The notes under the pieces were generated by a model. It made no database searches. It had not been told where the DNA came from and was given only the letters and a program-made list of their open reading frames with translations. A stretch of 64,000 bases of DNA from NCBI GenBank assembly GCA_034432445.1, contig DAOUBX010000204.1:2143-66142 (forward strand), written 5' to 3'. The stretch is from Anaerolineales bacterium (GTDB lineage Bacteria; Chloroflexota; Anaerolineae; JAAEKA01). The position numbers were made by a program, and so were the translations under genes. Each line of letters opens with the position of its first letter. Positions within the stretch are counted from its first letter, which is position 1. Shown in pieces: positions 59,455-64,000 of the stretch.

Positions 59455-60582
59455 CTAGCTCCGGCTGTTGCGCGTGCGCAGCCACAAGACGACGATGACT
59501 GCCAGGAGCAGTGCGGCAGCGCCCAGAGCCAGGACGGCGATCACCGCCAACAGAGCGCCTGTGTTGCTGTACGGCTCGGCAGCGGCAGGGCGGGGGGTGG
59601 GCCGCGGCGCGCGCGTGGGCAGCGTGCCGGCTGCGGCCACCGGCTGCGGCGTGGCAGTTGGCGCTAGAGCCTGAGCGCTCGGTGCAGGGGTGGTCTCCAG
59701 GCGTTCAAACACCGCGGTAGGCAAGGGCGACTCGCCCGGCACCGTCACAGCGCCAAGATCGCCTTGCTGCGGCGATGCAGTCGGGACGTCTGTCGGCGGC
59801 GGCGCGCTGATTGGGGCCAGGCTTTCCGCAAGGGGGACGGGCGTCGCCGTGGGCGCGGCCGGCGGCGGGACTGTTGGCACAGGCGTGGCGGTAGGGGCAA
59901 CGGTCGGCTGGCTGGGCGGCGGCGGCACCGGCGTCGCCGTCGCCGCAACCGGGCCCGACGGGTTGGACGTCGGCGTGGGCGCAGGCGGTGTGTTAGTGGG
60001 CGGCGCAGCGGTAGGTGGCGGTGTGTTGGTGGGCAACACGGCCGTGGGCGACGGGGTGTTTGTGGGCGGCACGCCGGCCGCTTGGGTAGGCGTGGCGGTT
60101 GCCGTCGGCGTACTGGTCGGCTGGACTTGACCGGGTGTTACTGCCGGCGGGTCCGACCGGTACACGGTCTGCGATCCGCGCAGGTCGAAGGACACGAGGG
60201 TGTAGTAATACGTGGTGCCAACTTGCACGCTGGTGTCGGTGTAGGAATAGTAGCCGCCGGAGAACTCGTCTTGCGGCGGAAAATCGCCGGATAGAAGGAT
60301 GCCGCGCGTGGGGTCGTTGGCAATCTCGCTGCGATAGAGTTGGAACCCGCCGTGATCGACCTCGGTTCCAGTCTCCCACTCCAGGAAAACACTGGTCGCC
60401 TGCGCTTGGGCGCGGAAATAGCGTAGCGTAACCGCATTGGGCGAGTCGGCCAGCGCTGACGGCAGGCCGCTGAGCCACATCAGCAAGCAGATGACAATCA
60501 CCGCCAAACCGTTGCGCCGGGCACTAGGTTGCCCAAGCCAGCTAGAAAAAACCACTCTGATCATAAGAGCCGGATCATTCAC
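59455..60582 (-). CDS. Secreted FN3-like domain protein with long Pro/Thr-rich linker and C-terminal TM anchor + basic tail
   Basis: N-terminal TM/signal. LEWETGTEVDHGGFQLYRS...YYYTLVSF FN3-like module. About 150 aa of PT-rich repeats. C-terminal LLAVIAVLALGAAALLLAVIVVLWLRTRNSRS. Confidence 0.6.
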   Translation of the reverse strand: MNDPALMIRVVFSSWLGQPSARRNGLAVIVICLLMWLSGLPSALADSPNAVTLRYFRAQAQATSVFLEWETGTEVDHGGFQLYRSEIANDPTRGILLSGDFPPQDEFSGGYYSYTDTSVQVGTTYYYTLVSFDLRGSQTVYRSDPPAVTPGQVQPTSTPTATATPTQAAGVPPTNTPSPTAVLPTNTPPPTAAPPTNTPPAPTPTSNPSGPVAATATPVPPPPSQPTVAPTATPVPTVPPPAAPTATPVPLAESLAPISAPPPTDVPTASPQQGDLGAVTVPGESPLPTAVFERLETTPAPSAQALAPTATPQPVAAAGTLPTRAPRPTPRPAAAEPYSNTGALLAVIAVLALGAAALLLAVIVVLWLRTRNSRS

Positions 60583-63054
60583 CTATTGATTGCGGGCAGC
60601 ACGAGTCATCAACGGCAAGTACGCCGTCCACTGCCCAAATTGCAGCTTGAGCGCAGGATCGCCAAAGACGGTCATGGTGTGGATCAACGCCGTGTTGTAA
60701 GGCGAGCTGCCGCCCATTAGAGCGTATTGGTAGGCCTTGGCCTGCATGGTGGCCTTGCCCAGCCGGCGCTGACCGCTCACGAAGATGGCGTCGAGCAGTC
60801 CTCGGTTCAGGACGGTTTCGACATAGGTCGTGCCCAGTCCCGCCGGCGACCAGGCAGCCACGGACCCGCCACCGGGGTGACGCAGCATCTCCTCGGCCAC
60901 CGCTTGCAGCGATGCCGTGCCGTGCAGGAAATAGCCATCCAGGCAGTTGAGGGTGACGACAACGGGCAGCCGGTCGGCGTTGGTGAGACGTCCCGTCTGA
61001 TCGGCGCGCCAAATGAACTCGTGAGCCCAGGAGTTGACCGTGCCATGGCCCATGTAGGTCACCATACCCACCCCCTCGTTGATCGTGTCAACCATCAAGT
61101 CGGTGATCTGGGCCGGCTGTGTTTCCGGGTAGGTGACGCCCAGATAGGCGCGCACCGGCCGCATGAAAGCGGGCAGGGCCGAAGTGATCATGGCGTCGGC
61201 CACCTGCGGGTAGTTGCCGGTGCTGTCGGCGTTGTCGGCTACGAACAGGGCGCGATTCTGCCACGCAACCGGCCGGCCCGCTTGCCCTTCGTAAGCGATG
61301 ATCTTGTCCACCATGGCGGCGGCTTCTGAGAGCGTGCGCGCGGGCAGCCGGCCGATCGCCAGCTCGGGCAGAGGGTCTTCGTCGAAGTTGACGTAGGCGT
61401 TGTCGCTGCCTACCTCCCCTTGCCATGGATCCTCCCACACTAGGTACGGAGGGATCCAGTTGGGATCGGGCGCGCCGTACAGGTCGATCCCTTCGCCTTT
61501 GAAGTTCCAGTTGCCGTCCCCCATGAGCAGGATGTACTGCGGCGCCGGCGGTTGCCAGTTCTGCACGGCGTAGGCGATGAACTGGCGGATGGCCTCCGGG
61601 TGGAAGATGCCGGCGTTGAACTGCTCGTACAGCTCTGCCACATCGATCACGGCGGTGCGGAAGCCGTCGTGGCTGGCGCGATAGTCGGCCAGGCGCTGCG
61701 CTTGCGGCAAGAAGTCATGGTGGCTGATGATGATCCAGTCCGCGCCGTTGGCAGTCGAACGCACGGTGGAGGCCAGCGGCGCGACGACTTGCCGGGGACG
61801 CCGCGTCTGTGCAGCCGTTAGCGCAAGATAGCGACTGGCAGCGTCCGGGTCTAGCTGCGCTTGCACGCGATAAGCGCCAACGTTGCCAAGGTCAGGGCTG
61901 GCAGAGGCGCCGGTTAGGAAGATCGGGCGCAGGGGGTCGCTGATATCGTACAGGAGAACGCTGCTGGCGCCGAAGCCGTCCAAGGTGAAAGTTTGCGGGC
62001 CTGTCTGATCGGCCGTGAAAGTCAATTGATCGTCCACCGCCCGGTAAAGCCGGCGGTAGCGCAACAGATAATAGTTGGCGTACAGCTCATCGTAGGTGTT
62101 GACTTTGGTGTTCTCCGGCGCCTGTTCCGCTGTTTGTGGGTCCCAGAGCTGCGCGAGCGCGGCTTCGTGCGCTTGCTCCCATGGGTCCACGCGCTGCTTG
62201 GCGGCAGTGCCCTGATCGTTGATGACGCGGACAACTGCTTTGTTCAAGCCATCGACCAGTGCAGCGCCAGGCAGAGCGCCCTCCGCCTGTGTGACAGTGT
62301 GGCCGAGGAAGACATTGTCGATGACCGGCGCAGCCGTTGTGTCGTTCCAAAACACCTGGAAATGGTGCGCGCCGTACTTGCGGCGTGTGGCGATCTCAAT
62401 CTGCAAGGTGGCGGTGTAAACCTCGGCAGCCGGCGCAGGTAGCATGGTCGGCAGATCCCAATCTTTTTGCGCCGGGTTGGTTGTCACATACATGCGGGTC
62501 CACCACCAGGTGTCGCGCGTCGGCCAGTCCAACACCTGGTGAGTGAACCAATGATGGTTTTCCTCAGCACGGTGGACATTCCAAAAGCTGGCAGGCGCGG
62601 GCGGCGCGCCTTGCGGCGCTGCGCTGGCGGTAGTCATGCGCAGGCCAGGGGGGCCTCCGGCTGCTAGCCAATAGACGTTGGCGTTGGTGTATTTCTCGGC
62701 CATTTGATCGCCCCGAAAGCGCTGGCCGTAGAACTCGGCGAAGTCGCCGCCGTCCAGTCGGCCGTCGGCCTCTCCCTCCACGCGCAAAGCAACGGGTTGG
62801 CCCTGGCTGGTCAAGCTCAGACTGCGAGGGTCTAGCGCAGACAAGTCCCACCCGGCGGCGACAAAGTCGCCAAGGGTCAAGCGATAAAGGCCGTCCTCGT
62901 CGACCACGAGCTTGAGACAGTACGGCGCCGGCGTCACCGGACAGCCAACTGCCTGCGCTGCGCCTGGCGACGCCGCTTCCACGGTGCCCGGCGTCAGCGG
63001 AGCCAAGAGAAAAACCAGACCGAGCAACAGACGCAGCACGCGATGCCTTCTCAT
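60583..63054 (-). CDS. Secreted C25-family (gingipain-like) cysteine peptidase-domain protein, paralog
   Basis: Signal peptide MRRHRVLRLLLGLVFLLAPLTPGTVEA. GMVTYMGHGTVNSW ... VVVTLNCLDGYF catalytic dyad context. Confidence 0.7.
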   Translation of the reverse strand: MRRHRVLRLLLGLVFLLAPLTPGTVEAASPGAAQAVGCPVTPAPYCLKLVVDEDGLYRLTLGDFVAAGWDLSALDPRSLSLTSQGQPVALRVEGEADGRLDGGDFAEFYGQRFRGDQMAEKYTNANVYWLAAGGPPGLRMTTASAAPQGAPPAPASFWNVHRAEENHHWFTHQVLDWPTRDTWWWTRMYVTTNPAQKDWDLPTMLPAPAAEVYTATLQIEIATRRKYGAHHFQVFWNDTTAAPVIDNVFLGHTVTQAEGALPGAALVDGLNKAVVRVINDQGTAAKQRVDPWEQAHEAALAQLWDPQTAEQAPENTKVNTYDELYANYYLLRYRRLYRAVDDQLTFTADQTGPQTFTLDGFGASSVLLYDISDPLRPIFLTGASASPDLGNVGAYRVQAQLDPDAASRYLALTAAQTRRPRQVVAPLASTVRSTANGADWIIISHHDFLPQAQRLADYRASHDGFRTAVIDVAELYEQFNAGIFHPEAIRQFIAYAVQNWQPPAPQYILLMGDGNWNFKGEGIDLYGAPDPNWIPPYLVWEDPWQGEVGSDNAYVNFDEDPLPELAIGRLPARTLSEAAAMVDKIIAYEGQAGRPVAWQNRALFVADNADSTGNYPQVADAMITSALPAFMRPVRAYLGVTYPETQPAQITDLMVDTINEGVGMVTYMGHGTVNSWAHEFIWRADQTGRLTNADRLPVVVTLNCLDGYFLHGTASLQAVAEEMLRHPGGGSVAAWSPAGLGTTYVETVLNRGLLDAIFVSGQRRLGKATMQAKAYQYALMGGSSPYNTALIHTMTVFGDPALKLQFGQWTAYLPLMTRAARNQ

Positions 63055-63344
63055 ACGACTACCTCAATCAGCCCCGCAGCCAGCAAGTCCTCGGCGAACG
63101 CCAGCACATCAGCGGCTGCCAGCTCCGGCGTCACCTCGTACTCCTCAACCAGGCTATCGGCCAACTCTTGCAAGGTGCGGCTACCATCGGCCAACGCCCA
63201 CAGCCGGCTACCCGACTCGTTGAGCATGCGCACGCGCGCCTGGCTGGGGGTGACCAACACCGCTTCCTCGCCAACTGTGCCCGCGACGACATCGGGGCAG
63301 TGTTTGATGCGACTACCTAAGGACAGAGGGGTGAATGCACTCAT
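63051..63344 (-). CDS. PqqD-family protein (RiPP recognition element-type peptide chaperone)
   Basis: 97 aa. GEEAVLVTPSQARVRMLNESGSRLWALADGSRTLQELADSLVEEYEVTPELAAADVLAFAEDLLAAGLI is a textbook PqqD/RRE pattern. Stop overlaps the downstream C25 start by 4 nt. Confidence 0.8.
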   Translation of the reverse strand: MSAFTPLSLGSRIKHCPDVVAGTVGEEAVLVTPSQARVRMLNESGSRLWALADGSRTLQELADSLVEEYEVTPELAAADVLAFAEDLLAAGLIEVVV

Positions 63345-63993
63345 CGATCACACTCCAGAAACTTGCGTCCGGACGAAAGTGCAGCTGACCGGTAGCCACG
63401 GCTCGACTGATCTGCTGCAAACGCGCCAATGCTGTGGCAACGCGACCAGGGTCCAAGGGCACAATCGGCAGATCGCTGAGCAAGCCGGCCACGATTTGAG
63501 CCGGGCTGACTGCCTGGATGCGCACCTCGGTGTCCTGGGCCAAGCGCAAAATAGCTGCCAGTGGGCCGGACTGGGTTTGGCCGTTGCGCCAGGCCAACGG
63601 CGTCTCGTGGTTCCAAAAGGGCGTGCCACAGGCGCGCCAGCCGATGGTCGCAGGCAGCAAAAGGATCAGGTCGTCGCCCAGGGCCACAGTGTCCGGCTGT
63701 CCCACGGACACCCGCACCGAGGTGGACTTGCCGATGCCGGAGCGGCCGCTGAGCAACACAGCTTGGCCGCGACGCACGAAACCGGCTGCGTGCACCAGCA
63801 GACCGCCCTGCTTGTAGGCCAGCAGCGCCAACACCGCGCGCAGGAAATAGTCGATGTCCGCCACGTCGGGCGCCGCCAGTTCCAGGCTAGCGCTGCAGCC
63901 GTCGGCAGCAATGATGCCCAGGTAGCCGGGCGCAGCTACTCGACAGCGACGGTCTGCGTCGAAGGATGCTTCCGGGCTGGGCCGGCCGGGCAT
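63313..63993 (-). CDS. HprK-related kinase (HPr kinase C-terminal domain-like P-loop protein), possibly 5'-truncated by window end
   Basis: Walker A LLSGRSGIGKST in an HprK-C-like context (GLLVHAAGFVRRGQAVLLSGRSGIGKSTS). Overlaps the PqqD gene by 32 nt. The first Met is 7 nt from the window end. Confidence 0.65.
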   Translation of the reverse strand: MPGRPSPEASFDADRRCRVAAPGYLGIIAADGCSASLELAAPDVADIDYFLRAVLALLAYKQGGLLVHAAGFVRRGQAVLLSGRSGIGKSTSVRVSVGQPDTVALGDDLILLLPATIGWRACGTPFWNHETPLAWRNGQTQSGPLAAILRLAQDTEVRIQAVSPAQIVAGLLSDLPIVPLDPGRVATALARLQQISRAVATGQLHFRPDASFWSVIDECIHPSVLR

Positions 63994-64000
63994 CCGGCGG

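Overview
This is a high-GC (roughly 65%) bacterial chromosomal segment. Gene content (Cheo-type LexA box, YfhO, LysM, C25 peptidases, MoxR-DUF58-DUF4129 operon) is compatible with a Chloroflexota-like organism, but I cannot assign it. Most of the window is housekeeping or cell-envelope coding sequence. Main blocks: (a) a TPP-riboswitch-controlled thiamine salvage operon (thiamine pyrophosphokinase plus ABC importer); (b) ssb behind a LexA-type SOS box, and a LysM protein; (c) a MoxR-DUF58-DUF4129-membrane operon; (d) two adjacent SF1 (UvrD-like) helicase genes; (e) a polysaccharide/envelope cluster with O-antigen-ligase/TPR, B12-radical SAM, GT2, acetyltransferase, and secreted M14 and S8 peptidases; (f) panE-panB, argJ, an M24 peptidase, Nnr; (g) a small defense-like islet with Phd/VapC and an AAA_21-type ATPase + DUF4276 (OLD/PARIS-like) pair; (h) an AMP-nucleosidase-like gene overlapping a YfhO-family gene; (i) mcc beta subunit and dnaK; (j) a second envelope cluster (O-antigen ligase, Wzc-type tyrosine autokinase, epimerase) feeding into an unusual operon of an HprK-related kinase, a PqqD-family RRE protein, two secreted C25 peptidases and a Pro/Thr-rich anchored protein. 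That operon runs off the window end. Non-coding highlights: a ~95-110 bp MITE/REP-like repeat family with 12-bp terminal inverted repeats, at least 8 copies, all intergenic; and composite GA-rich / GTTCACC-heptamer repeat blocks inserted in-frame into two unrelated genes (yfhO and the B12-radical SAM gene). No rRNA, tRNA or CRISPR array was seen. Many long ORFs in the six-frame track are antisense or out-of-frame artefacts of the high GC content. Coordinates I derived by reading the sequence are approximate to a few bp.
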